Positions 29,159 through 38,788 of a stretch of DNA of 64,000 nt are shown here, in pieces. The stretch's first letter is position 1; every line of letters begins with the position of its first letter. Source of the DNA: Nitrosopumilaceae archaeon (lineage in GTDB: Archaea; Thermoproteota; Nitrososphaeria; Nitrososphaerales; Nitrosopumilaceae); the NCBI GenBank assembly GCA_965208905.1, contig OZ242365.1, positions 224,001-288,000 on the forward strand. Reading direction: 5' to 3'. A program made the position numbers and the translations under genes. Under the pieces are notes generated by a model. The model saw only the letters and a program-made list of their open reading frames with translations, was not told where the DNA came from and ran no database searches.

Positions 29159-29794
29159 TCACCATAGTTTTATCAGGCGTGAAGGCTCCATGACGTTTAT
29201 GCCGCCCACGGAGAATATACCCTCGCTATTCAAAAATATATTCAATGATGCGTTGGCTATGATCAGGTGATATAGATTTTGAGGCGTCATGTTCAGTATG
29301 GTAGACAGCATGGCCTTGATGGGATCCATATGTGTGACTAATAGTACATTCTCGCCGGCATGTTTCTGTTGTATATAAGATACAATGTCAAGTATTCTGT
29401 TACGGACGCTTGCAAATGTTTCGACGCCCATATTTGTAAAATCATCAGATCCCTGATAGAAGTGTAGAAATATGTTCCCGTATCGTTCCATCAAATCGTC
29501 ATACGTCTTACCGGTAAGTCCACCCATGTCTATCTCTGTAAGTCTATCGTCCGGAATAACCTCCAATGAGTTGTGTTTGGCGACAATTTGCGCAGTCTCC
29601 ATGGTCCTCTGTATGGGACTAGAGTATATGCGGCTAACCTGCATGTCCGCGACACATGCAGCAGCATACGCTGCTTGAGCCTTGCCCTCAGCAGTGAGGG
29701 GTACATTCGGCAGGCGTCCCACAAGCCGTCGTTCAACATTGTTCTGAGCCTGGCCATGACGTAGGAATATCAACGAGGCCAACAGTATAGCCAT
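29159..29794 (-). CDS. histidine phosphatase (phosphoglycerate mutase family)
   Basis: RHGQ, SSP..RT.ETA, VTH. Confidence 0.9.
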   Translation of the reverse strand: MAILLASLIFLRHGQAQNNVERRLVGRLPNVPLTAEGKAQAAYAAACVADMQVSRIYSSPIQRTMETAQIVAKHNSLEVIPDDRLTEIDMGGLTGKTYDDLMERYGNIFLHFYQGSDDFTNMGVETFASVRNRILDIVSYIQQKHAGENVLLVTHMDPIKAMLSTILNMTPQNLYHLIIANASLNIFLNSEGIFSVGGINVMEPSRLIKLW

Positions 29795-29834
29795 ACTATA
29801 AAGATAATAAGAACATTCACTATGACATTACATA

Positions 29835-30506
29835 TTGAAGGTGGGAATAGTTGGTGGGACCGGAGGTATGGGTAAAGGGTTTGCCATGAGATGGTGTAAG
29901 AGTCATGACGTTTTAGTGGGATCGCGAAATGCCCAGAGGGCATCAGAGAGTGCTGCCACCTATGAGAGTGATGCCATAGAGGTATACGGCAGCATACAAG
30001 GAACCATAACTGGTAGCGACAACCTATCAATAGCATCAGATAGCGATGTATTACTACTATCCATTGGGTATGAAAATATTGACTCTACCTGCCCAGATGT
30101 CTTGAATAATATCAAAGATGACTGCATAGTGGTATCGCCCATAGTACCCATGGAGAAGACAGATGTGGGGTTTGAGTTTATTCCATTTCGTGACAACAAA
30201 CAGTTTGCCCATCAGATGGTACAGAGTCACATGAAGGACCCCTCTAGATTGGTGTCGGCGTTTCATGTCATATCAGAGAAGAAACTGGCCAACCTCAAAA
30301 GAGAGTTAGACTATGACATATTCGTATGTGGTGATGACAAAGGGGCCGTGGATGTTGTAAATGGTCTGATAAATGAGATTGATGGACTTCGTCCACTATA
30401 CATAGGGGGTAGCGGATTGTCATATATGGTAGAGATATCCACGCCCATACTACTAAACATAATGATTCAGAACAGAATTAAAAATCCAGGGATTAAAATA
30501 GTCTAG
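29835..30506 (+). CDS. npdG: F420-dependent NADP oxidoreductase
   Basis: GGTGGMGKG, GSR, VSAFH, CGDD. Confidence 0.85.
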   Translation: MKVGIVGGTGGMGKGFAMRWCKSHDVLVGSRNAQRASESAATYESDAIEVYGSIQGTITGSDNLSIASDSDVLLLSIGYENIDSTCPDVLNNIKDDCIVVSPIVPMEKTDVGFEFIPFRDNKQFAHQMVQSHMKDPSRLVSAFHVISEKKLANLKRELDYDIFVCGDDKGAVDVVNGLINEIDGLRPLYIGGSGLSYMVEISTPILLNIMIQNRIKNPGIKIV

Positions 30507-30740
30507 ATGAGTCCTGAATATTATAGGCGCGGACGTAACTGGTATACAGCGTTAGGTGTACTGTTTATAGTATCAGCCATCATAGTTATAGTACGGCAGA
30601 TAGCGCTATGGGGGTTTGAGTTTGTGGGGGACTTTATGTTGAATAGTGAATTTACCAATGAAAAGATATCTCTAGGTATGATAGGTTTTGGATGTCTCAT
30701 GATAATCTTGGGGTTGCGGCGTAATGTCCCGGCGCGTTGA
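30507..30740 (+). CDS. hypothetical 2-TM membrane protein
   Basis: Abuts neighbours in the operon; two hydrophobic helices. Confidence 0.65.
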   Translation: MSPEYYRRGRNWYTALGVLFIVSAIIVIVRQIALWGFEFVGDFMLNSEFTNEKISLGMIGFGCLMIILGLRRNVPAR

Positions 30741-31119
30741 CTTTCTCCAGCACCAAAAGATCATGAGGCTGGCTACCACAAATGAGCATGGTGAGCCGCA
30801 CGTAGTACCTGTGTGGTATATGTACGATGATAATACCATATACATAGGAACCAATACACGAACTGTAAAAGCAAGAAATGTAAAACATACAAAGACTGCT
30901 GCCTTCTGTGTAGATGAAGGGGTACGGGCACCCATATATGGCATAATGGGAAGAGGGTCTGCACGATTAATCTTAGACCCCACACAGGTGGGTAATTTGG
31001 CAGAACAGATACTGATGCGATACTATACAGATATACACCAAGAGGCAGCTCAGGCTCTATACAAGGATACAGACTGTATTATTGCCATACGTGTGGACTC
31101 TATCACCGAATGGTCATAA
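30724..31119 (+). CDS. pyridoxamine 5'-phosphate oxidase-like (FMN/F420-binding) protein
   Basis: LAT...G.PHVVPVWY, K.RN. Confidence 0.85.
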   Translation: MSRRVDFLQHQKIMRLATTNEHGEPHVVPVWYMYDDNTIYIGTNTRTVKARNVKHTKTAAFCVDEGVRAPIYGIMGRGSARLILDPTQVGNLAEQILMRYYTDIHQEAAQALYKDTDCIIAIRVDSITEWS

Positions 31120-32281
31120 AATCTTCAATCTTGTCTAGTGCGGAATTTAGTGTCGATATAGGGGGCAGAAATACCAGCCGGAAATGTTCCCTGCCAAATG
31201 CCTCTCCAAATCCAGACCCATGCACGGTTAGTACACCTTTTTGACGGAGCAGCTCCAACACAAACTCTTTGTCTGAACTATACGGGTTGTCATCTATGTG
31301 TGGAAATACATAGAATGCGCCCTTAACAGGAGGACAGGTCAAATTCGGGATGGAGTTCAGACGTTTCACCATCAGGTCTCGGCGGCGACTCATCTCAGCT
31401 ACAAACTTGTCGATATAATCCTGAGGGCCCCGCAGTGATTCAAGGGCCGCATATTGAGCGGGCATGTTGGCGGCTATGCGCACCCTAGTCAGCTGAGGCA
31501 GATATTTCTTTATATTGTGTAGTTGTGGCGAGTCGGCAAACGCAATATAGCCTAGGCGCCACCCGGTCATCAAGTTTACCTTTGAGAAGCCGTTCAGTAG
31601 AATCACTGGTGAGTCTTTGGCTACTCTACCAATGCTGGTGAACTCATCATCGTACGTTATACGATCATATATTTCATCACATATCACGTATAGATTATGC
31701 TCGTTGGCCACATCTATTATATCTTGTAGTGATTTACGATCATACACCATACCGGTGGGATTGTTCGGGTTTATCAGACAGACTGCTACTGTCTTAGGTG
31801 TTATCTTTGAGCGCATATCCTCAATGTCGGGCCTACCAGCAGCAAGATCGACACCAAACTCTACAGGCGTACCGCCGTGTAGCTTAACATATGAAGAGTA
31901 TGGTGGATAGTATGGGCCAGGCAACAGAACCTCATCGCCGGACTCCACTATGGAGGCGGTCACCATATCCAGTGCTTCGGATATGCCGTTTGTCACGATT
32001 ATACCATCTGATGATGTTTGCAGGCCTTTGGATCTCTCTTTTTCAGCTATGGCATCACGTAGTGGTTTAAGGCCTTCGGAGGGTGCATAAAAGTTGTTGC
32101 CGTTTCTGATGGCATCAATATGCGCATTTATCACATTTTCAGGCGGCTGAAATCCGTATTGGGGCGGATCTCCGACATTAAGATATTGTACTTGGATGCC
32201 ACGCTTCTCGACCTCTCTGGCGCTAAGCACTATATCCCGTATGGCATACTCCACACCCTTGACCTTGCTTGAGACTTTCAT
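31103..32281 (-). CDS. class I/II aminotransferase (alanine aminotransferase-like)
   Basis: YAIR, LNVGDP, INPNNPTG, DEIYD, SK...TGWRLG. Confidence 0.9.
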   Translation of the reverse strand: MKVSSKVKGVEYAIRDIVLSAREVEKRGIQVQYLNVGDPPQYGFQPPENVINAHIDAIRNGNNFYAPSEGLKPLRDAIAEKERSKGLQTSSDGIIVTNGISEALDMVTASIVESGDEVLLPGPYYPPYSSYVKLHGGTPVEFGVDLAAGRPDIEDMRSKITPKTVAVCLINPNNPTGMVYDRKSLQDIIDVANEHNLYVICDEIYDRITYDDEFTSIGRVAKDSPVILLNGFSKVNLMTGWRLGYIAFADSPQLHNIKKYLPQLTRVRIAANMPAQYAALESLRGPQDYIDKFVAEMSRRRDLMVKRLNSIPNLTCPPVKGAFYVFPHIDDNPYSSDKEFVLELLRQKGVLTVHGSGFGEAFGREHFRLVFLPPISTLNSALDKIEDFMTIR

Positions 32282-32324
32282 TGTAACAGGACAAATATTT
32301 AGCGGGGTTAATTAATTAACTGTT

Positions 32325-32399
32325 GGACCCGTAGCACAGTCTGGATAGTGCGGGCGGCTTCGGACCGCCAGGTCGGGGGATCGAAGCCCTCCGGGCCCT
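32325..32399 (+). tRNA. tRNA-Arg(TCG)
   Basis: GGCGG-CTTCGGA-CCGCC anticodon arm, GCAC/GTGC D-stem; one A.C mismatch in the acceptor stem. Confidence 0.88.
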
Positions 32400-32526
32400 C
32401 TGTGCATTTAACATTGCCGAATTGACGTAGATCCAAGTCATGTAAACGGCTCTACTGTGAAAATGCAGTCATTTTGAATTGTGAGTGCGAAGAATGGTCA
32501 GCCTATCAAGAATAGTTATGTTATCT

Positions 32527-34698
32527 TCATTTATTTTGCTCTTTTTTTGTTCTCAGTTTGGCGCAGTCCCGAACCACCATGGCTAACAGTAATGCCCTAT
32601 CTATAAGAGAGTCTCGTAGTATGTATTCGTCTGGACTTTTAAATCCGGCACCCAGAGGACCTAGTCCCTCCAATGATGGAATGGTGGTGGGCACATGACT
32701 GATATCTGATGATACAAAACGCCTTGTTGGTTTTATTGGAATGTTTACCTTCTTAGCAGCCTCTTCCACCATAGAGTATAGTTCATGTGTAACGTCTGTT
32801 TCAAGTACAGGATCCCTCCTCCGCCACCGCGAGACATCAACTCTGGCCCCGTTACCATCACGTTTCAGTACGCGACGAATCTTCTTCTCTATATCATCAC
32901 CCATCTCAAAGCTGTCATAGCTGGTAACAACGGTTATCGATGCTTTATCAGGTGAGTTGCCGTACGAGGTGTTTGCTTGTAGTGTGGGAACCATAACCCG
33001 GCATCCTTCTGTGGATAGTTTATCCAACGATACTACCTTTTTGCAGGCGTACGGAATTAAACCCGAGATTGTTGGTCTGGTGTCATCTTTTACATCACGT
33101 ATCTCTATGTGATAGTCGTCCCGGCCATGACCAGATACTGCCACTCCACCATCAACATCGCCCCACTTCATGCTCAAAATGTAACGTGAACGAGAAGCAT
33201 AGTCACGTATCAGATTTGCCGAGTGTTTTCCGTCCAGTGAGTCATCTGTGGTGAGCAGTATGCCGCACCGTATACGGCGAAGCCTCTTGGTAAAGCGTAG
33301 TGCCTGTAGTGCCGAGAGCATCACTGCCAGACCGCCCTTGCTCTCAGTTATACCTGTACCGTATATCTTTGTCTTGGTCTCATGAAATGGTGTGTGATCA
33401 TGAGATGTGTATGGTGTATCTAGATGGCTTAGAATCAGCACATCATTGTCAGGATGTATGTGATTTGCAAAGTAGCGTACATCACCTATATCTAAAAAGT
33501 GGTGTATATGTTCGGCAAATCCCAGATGCTCTAGCCGTTTTGACATCATCTTACCTAAGCGATTTACAGTCTCCACATCCCTAACATCGGTGTTCATATC
33601 CAGCATGTGGCGGAGGAGTTGTGTCGTGGTTTCGAGGTGGGTGCGCAAGTAGCTACGTGCCACTGTATGTAGTGGCTGGCCCGACGATGCAATGAGGGGG
33701 CGGGCGGCGGACTCGCCAAAGTTTCGTATGGCGGCCACATCCAGCATCTTGTTTATCAGTGACTCATAAGAGTATCCCGCTGCAACTGCACCGGCCACAA
33801 ACGAGCCGGTCTTTCCCAAGCTGGCCATGGAGTTCAGCTCCAATATGTACATGTTACCGTCTTGGTCCATACGTATGTCCACGCGGGTATAGTCGTGCAG
33901 TCCCAGTTTTTTAAAGGCCTCTTGGCACAGTTCTTTCATCTCCTGTGTGGTGTCATCATCAAGGGGTGCCGGACACAGCTTGCGTCTTGGTGCAGACATC
34001 TTGTCGGATTTGGTCTGTATATCATCAGGACCATTCATCGCAAACTCTACTATGGGAAATGTCTCTAAGTGGTGTCCATTTCCCACCATACCCACGGCAA
34101 ATTCCCTTCCGGATACGAACTGTTCTACTAGAGCATCCTGTTGGTATTTGTCAATCTCTTCTCGTACTGCATCTCTGAGATCATCGTGGTTGTCGACAAC
34201 TCTCGTACCCATGGATGTAGACTCCATCTTTGGTTTCACTATGACAGGAAACTTCAGATCATCAAATGTGTCATCAGGGGTTGAAAATACCCAATAGTCG
34301 GCGGTGGGCAGATTGTTCTTTTGTAGGACGATTTTAGTCATTACTTTGTCTTGCACTATTGCGTGCGCCTCAGGCCCCGAACCTGTATAGGGAACGCCCA
34401 GCATCTCAAGCATGGCAGGCAGGTGCGTATATCTGTCATGTCCCTGTACACCATACGCCATATTAAAGACAATTCCTGGCGGCTCCCCAGCTGCAGGTTT
34501 TGCCATGAATTGATGCAACTCCTCCATTGAACTCATGGTTCCTTCTATTATCTTGACTGTGTGACCCCCACGCTCAAGTGCGGTAGCCACCTGCTCTATG
34601 GTCTTGGGGTTGTAGTGCTCTTTGGTGGTCATGCCGTATATGTTGATCACATCGGTGGGATCGATATTCTTTTTGTTGTATATTACGGCTACCTTCAC
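32527..34698 (-). CDS. D-Ala-D-Ala ligase-like ATP-grasp domain fused to an M20 peptidase-like domain
   Basis: LEMLGVPYTGSG, DK..TK, FPVIVKP, GREF, RVDIR, LELN; C-terminal SHLDT, G...SKGG, GLGPLG. Confidence 0.85.
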   Translation of the reverse strand: MKVAVIYNKKNIDPTDVINIYGMTTKEHYNPKTIEQVATALERGGHTVKIIEGTMSSMEELHQFMAKPAAGEPPGIVFNMAYGVQGHDRYTHLPAMLEMLGVPYTGSGPEAHAIVQDKVMTKIVLQKNNLPTADYWVFSTPDDTFDDLKFPVIVKPKMESTSMGTRVVDNHDDLRDAVREEIDKYQQDALVEQFVSGREFAVGMVGNGHHLETFPIVEFAMNGPDDIQTKSDKMSAPRRKLCPAPLDDDTTQEMKELCQEAFKKLGLHDYTRVDIRMDQDGNMYILELNSMASLGKTGSFVAGAVAAGYSYESLINKMLDVAAIRNFGESAARPLIASSGQPLHTVARSYLRTHLETTTQLLRHMLDMNTDVRDVETVNRLGKMMSKRLEHLGFAEHIHHFLDIGDVRYFANHIHPDNDVLILSHLDTPYTSHDHTPFHETKTKIYGTGITESKGGLAVMLSALQALRFTKRLRRIRCGILLTTDDSLDGKHSANLIRDYASRSRYILSMKWGDVDGGVAVSGHGRDDYHIEIRDVKDDTRPTISGLIPYACKKVVSLDKLSTEGCRVMVPTLQANTSYGNSPDKASITVVTSYDSFEMGDDIEKKIRRVLKRDGNGARVDVSRWRRRDPVLETDVTHELYSMVEEAAKKVNIPIKPTRRFVSSDISHVPTTIPSLEGLGPLGAGFKSPDEYILRDSLIDRALLLAMVVRDCAKLRTKKEQNK

Positions 34699-34739
34699 AA
34701 TATGTAATAGCAAAAAATGTTTTTAATATTATAATAGAT

Positions 34740-34771
34740 GGTTCCTCCCGCAAAGTCGGGCGATTACACCC
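34740..34771 (+). repeat. third copy of the element-1 right end (TIR plus inner TACACCC)
   Basis: GGTTCCTCCCGCAAAGTCGGGCGATTACACCC versus rc(17138-17169) GGTTCCTCCCGCAAAGTCGGGTGATTACACCC: one mismatch. Confidence 0.92.
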
Positions 34772-34976
34772 AGATAATGTGATGTCGCGCCGCAGCTTCA
34801 GTTGGCCGCTACACGCCTTGGGGCCGAGCTTTTCCAAACTGGCTACCCCTATGTTAGCCCCAGCATTACAGTCAGCGTGATCCGAGTGGCCGCACCGCTG
34901 CACCAGAGCTCCCTACCGTCCCGGTTGTCCTTGTGGATGCACCCACACGGACATCAACGCTGGCTGGTGTAAGCTA
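34764..34976 (-). pseudogene. tnpB: tnpB 3' remnant
   Basis: Minus strand reads AYTSQR*CPCGCIHKDNRDGRELWC, frameshift, QRCGHSDHADCNAGANI (Zn finger plus RuvC-III). Confidence 0.8.
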
Positions 34977-35117
34977 CCATGACCCAAATGATACCACCGA
35001 TACGCTGGTAAGATAGCAGAAGAGCCAGTAACCCCAGCATTGCTCGGGTATCTACTTGTTGAGTCCGGATTTTCGACTCAAGATTATAATAACATCACAC
35101 AATACAAGAGATTAGTA

Positions 35118-35369
35118 ATGCCTGGTATAGGATTAATGAAACGGCGATTAGAGAAAGAGAGTGATGCCATAGCTTTGGCCGTATCGGGTGTCGTAAAAAA
35201 ATACAACATAGAGCCCACTCAGCCAAAGACGCTAGAGACCAAGTATCATACAGATGCTGGAGATTGGTATGTAGCTTTAGGTTGGGACAAGATGCGAGTG
35301 GTAATAAAGATGGACTCTGTATTGGCGCAGATCACCGAAATCAAAGAGATTCCATGGAGCGATGTATAA
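35118..35369 (+). CDS. conserved hypothetical protein
   Basis: Clean ORF MPGIGLMKRRLEKE...; stop overlaps the next ATG. Confidence 0.7.
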   Translation: MPGIGLMKRRLEKESDAIALAVSGVVKKYNIEPTQPKTLETKYHTDAGDWYVALGWDKMRVVIKMDSVLAQITEIKEIPWSDV

Positions 35370-36013
35370 TGAAGGCCATAGTTATGGGCGGTACTAGAGG
35401 GATTGGTAACGCCATAGCAAACTCACTACAACGGTATGGCCACCAGGTCATATCAGTGGGGCATCACGATGTAGACACTTCAGATATAGGCTCTGTAAGG
35501 CAATTCATACATAATAATCCAGATACAGATATTCTGGTATTAAACACAGGAGGACCGCCGCCCAAAAAGTATAACGATGTAACAGAGCAAGAGTGGCAAA
35601 AGTATCACAACCAGTTGTTTTTGAGTTTTGTACTGATACTACAGAGCATAAAAGTAAACAAGGGCGGCTATATCTTTCTGATAAGCTCATCTGTCGTAAA
35701 GGAACCCAATCCGAATCTGGCCATATCAAGTGCTTATAGGGCAGCATTTGTAGAGATATTCAAGCTGGCCAGTCGGGAACTAGCTACACAAAACATCAGC
35801 TGCATCAATATAGCTCCGGGTCTGATATCTACGGATCGCACACTAGAGATAATGAAAGATATGGAGGCAGACATATCATCCCTTCCCATGGGACGTATGG
35901 GTAGACCTTCAGAGATTGGCGACTTTGTGGGAGCCATAGTAGAGAAGCAGATAAAGTATCTGTCAGGTGTGACTGTTACATTTGATGGGGCTAGTTCAGC
36001 CCACATATTCTAG
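35369..36013 (+). CDS. short-chain dehydrogenase/reductase
   Basis: GGTRGIG, LNTGGP, IAPG...TDR. Confidence 0.88.
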   Translation: MKAIVMGGTRGIGNAIANSLQRYGHQVISVGHHDVDTSDIGSVRQFIHNNPDTDILVLNTGGPPPKKYNDVTEQEWQKYHNQLFLSFVLILQSIKVNKGGYIFLISSSVVKEPNPNLAISSAYRAAFVEIFKLASRELATQNISCINIAPGLISTDRTLEIMKDMEADISSLPMGRMGRPSEIGDFVGAIVEKQIKYLSGVTVTFDGASSAHIF

Positions 36014-36642
36014 TTCTTGAAGGCCACATTGGGAACTTCGGGTTTATTGGGTATAATAATTAGTTCGCCTTCGTGTAGTTGTTTTATAAGCTGAGCGACC
36101 TCTTTTTCGACATTGGCACGTTGTAGGCCAGTATGTTTGGCAAATACATCCACCAACTCAGTCATCTTCCTCTCCCCATTACAACACTTCCAAAAGTCTA
36201 CAATGGCCTGGTTTACCATAAATCCCTGATCTTTGTCGTTTAACAACATCATGGAACCATCCTCCTGTGTGGCAAGCTTGCCGACGCCCTGAGGCATGGC
36301 ACTATCATAATCAAATGGCGTCAAAGAGCCAGACCCGGAAGCCATACTCTTTATCTTCTCTCGCGCACCAGAGGTCATCTTATCCATGGACCAAGGTGGA
36401 TCCCACACTATCTTGACATTGACATTATCCACGCCAGGTACCTTTTTGGCATAACGCGTAACATCCTGTACTATAGTAGCATGCAGGGGGCATCCTTGTG
36501 TAGTCATGGTCATTGTAATATCAACATCACCTCCATTGACATCTATACCATACACAAGACCCATCTCAACTATATTCAGTGGAACTTCAGGATCCATGCA
36601 TTGTTTAAGTGAGTTCTCCACATCCAGCGTACTTACAGTCAT
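36010..36642 (-). CDS. DUF59/SufT (MIP18) Fe-S assembly protein with a C-terminal PqqD-like domain
   Basis: DPE..NIVEMGLVY, TTQGCP, WDPPW; C-terminal N.....FW..CNG. Confidence 0.82.
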   Translation of the reverse strand: MTVSTLDVENSLKQCMDPEVPLNIVEMGLVYGIDVNGGDVDITMTMTTQGCPLHATIVQDVTRYAKKVPGVDNVNVKIVWDPPWSMDKMTSGAREKIKSMASGSGSLTPFDYDSAMPQGVGKLATQEDGSMMLLNDKDQGFMVNQAIVDFWKCCNGERKMTELVDVFAKHTGLQRANVEKEVAQLIKQLHEGELIIIPNKPEVPNVAFKN

Positions 36643-36676
36643 GTTTGGTTCTGCATGTAGAAAGCATAAAAACGTT

Positions 36677-37711
36677 TTAGAAATTAGCTTTGAATAATTT
36701 TTTGATGGATTCCACATATGGAGCCGTCGCCACACCTGCCTCTGTAATGATACCAGATATCAGCTCAGGCGGGGTCATATCAAATGCAGGATTCAATACA
36801 TTAACACCTTCAGGTGCGGTCCTATTCTCAGGCGGTCCTGAAACCTCTGCGGAGCGTCTCATCTCTATAACAACGTCTTGTGGTTCGCTATCCATATCAA
36901 ATGTAGAGAGGGGTGCAGCAACATAGAAGGGTATATTGTGCTGCCTGGCCATTGTGGCTACCTGATAGGTACCTATCTTGTTGTAGACATGACCAGTGGA
37001 GAGTATACGGTCGGCTCCCACCACCACTTTATCTATCAGTCCATTTGCCATTGAATATCCTACGGCGGTATCTGAAATCAAACTGACATCAATACCATCA
37101 TGCATCAACTCAAAGGCAGTAAGCCTTGAACCCTGCTGTATTGGTCTTGTCTCAGTGGCTATCACCTGTACTGATTTTCCATTCTCGGCAGCTGCGCGAA
37201 TAACCCCCAATGCCGTTCCATACCCCACAGTAGCCAGTGCTCCGGCGTTACAATGGGTCATGATGGTATCACCATCACCAAAGAGAACTGAGCCATTGCG
37301 GCCCATCGTCTTATTTGTGATGATGTCATTCTCTGCCATAGAGATAGCCTCCTTGAATATTACATCCCGGGCAGTCTGTGCATCAGTGGACATCTTGGCA
37401 GTATCATATATTTTGTTGAGGGCCCACACTAAATTGACGGCAGTCGGACGGGTTGCTCTAAGATAGGTACGGGCAGCATCCAGATCACGTAGTAAGTCTT
37501 TTAGTGTTGTAGCTGAACTCTGGCGGGATGCCAGTACCATACCAAATGCGGCAGCAACACCAATGGCAGGTGCGCCCCGTATGACCAATCTTTTGATGGC
37601 GTCAGCCACACCTTTGTAGTCGTCATACTCAACATACTCTAGTGTGCCTGGCAGTTTGGTTTGATCAATCATGGCGACCTTGTCATTCTTCCATAGAATG
37701 GTACGAAGCAT
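36677..37711 (-). CDS. mtnA: methylthioribose-1-phosphate isomerase
   Basis: DQTKLP, IRGAPAIG, RPTAVNL, THCNAGALAT, ETRP. Confidence 0.93.
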   Translation of the reverse strand: MLRTILWKNDKVAMIDQTKLPGTLEYVEYDDYKGVADAIKRLVIRGAPAIGVAAAFGMVLASRQSSATTLKDLLRDLDAARTYLRATRPTAVNLVWALNKIYDTAKMSTDAQTARDVIFKEAISMAENDIITNKTMGRNGSVLFGDGDTIMTHCNAGALATVGYGTALGVIRAAAENGKSVQVIATETRPIQQGSRLTAFELMHDGIDVSLISDTAVGYSMANGLIDKVVVGADRILSTGHVYNKIGTYQVATMARQHNIPFYVAAPLSTFDMDSEPQDVVIEMRRSAEVSGPPENRTAPEGVNVLNPAFDMTPPELISGIITEAGVATAPYVESIKKLFKANF

Positions 37712-37765
37712 ATACCTAGACAATATCAATCCATATTTAAACAGGATTATAGCTCGTTAACAGAG

Positions 37766-38788
37766 ATGGTAGTAATATCGAAATCTCTGTTGGCCAAGTA
37801 TGACACACAGGACATGTGTTCTGTATACGATATGTGGCCTGAGATTGCGCAAGAGGCATACAATGCAGGACAAGATACCAAGATTGTAGATACAACAGGT
37901 ATAAACCATATAGTCTTTGCAGGCATGGGTGGGAGCGGAGCCCTGGGGGACTATTATGCTGCATTACTCTCAAATCACAACACCCATGTAACTGTCGTAA
38001 AAGGCTATAGGCTGCCAAAGACTGTGGATAACAATACACTAGTAGTGTGCAATAGCGTCTCTGGCAACACCTCAGAGACTCTAACTATATTAAAAAAGTC
38101 ATTAAGACAACCTTGCAGGCGCATAGCACTCTCGGCGGGTGGCAAAATGAGAGAGTTCTGCACACAGAATGATATTCCACATTACACTGTTGATATGTTT
38201 CACACTCCACGTGCATCATTTGTGGCTTATGTATATGCCCTCCTAGGCATACTAAAGATAGGCACAACAGCACATGATATAGACGAATCCATAAGTATAA
38301 TGCAAGAAAAGAGATCACAAATACAATCTACAAATTTAACCACAGAAAATCCGGCGCTAAATTTAGCAACAAAATTAACTAAAATTCCTTTGATTTATTA
38401 TCCGTGGGGACTTCAGGCCGCTGCCGTACGATTTAAAAATTCATTACACGAGAATGCTAAGATGCATGCAATGATCGAGGATGTGATAGAAGCAGGACAC
38501 AATGGAATAATGTCTTGGGAGATGCCAGCAAATGTGCAGCCTGTATTTATACAAGGTGCCGATGACAATCGTAAAACCAAGGAACGCTGGAAGATATTTG
38601 AGGATTATTTTAGTGAAAAAAAGATACCGTGCATAGTAATTAATTCATCGGGGAGACACATAATGACAAAATTGGTAAATCTCATTTATCTGCTGGATTA
38701 CTCAACCATATATCTTGCTGCCATACGGGGGGTCAATCCCACCTCAACAAATTCAATAAAGTATATAAAAGAGAGATCAAAATTATGA
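37766..38788 (+). CDS. bifunctional phosphoglucose/phosphomannose isomerase (SIS)
   Basis: GMGGSG, SVSGNTSET, ENAK, EAGHN. Confidence 0.88.
   Translation: MVVISKSLLAKYDTQDMCSVYDMWPEIAQEAYNAGQDTKIVDTTGINHIVFAGMGGSGALGDYYAALLSNHNTHVTVVKGYRLPKTVDNNTLVVCNSVSGNTSETLTILKKSLRQPCRRIALSAGGKMREFCTQNDIPHYTVDMFHTPRASFVAYVYALLGILKIGTTAHDIDESISIMQEKRSQIQSTNLTTENPALNLATKLTKIPLIYYPWGLQAAAVRFKNSLHENAKMHAMIEDVIEAGHNGIMSWEMPANVQPVFIQGADDNRKTKERWKIFEDYFSEKKIPCIVINSSGRHIMTKLVNLIYLLDYSTIYLAAIRGVNPTSTNSIKYIKERSKL

Noticed and set aside
32325-32399. Acceptor-stem mismatch in tRNA-Arg as an integration scar
   Set aside because: No duplicated tRNA 3' end and no integrase found in the window.
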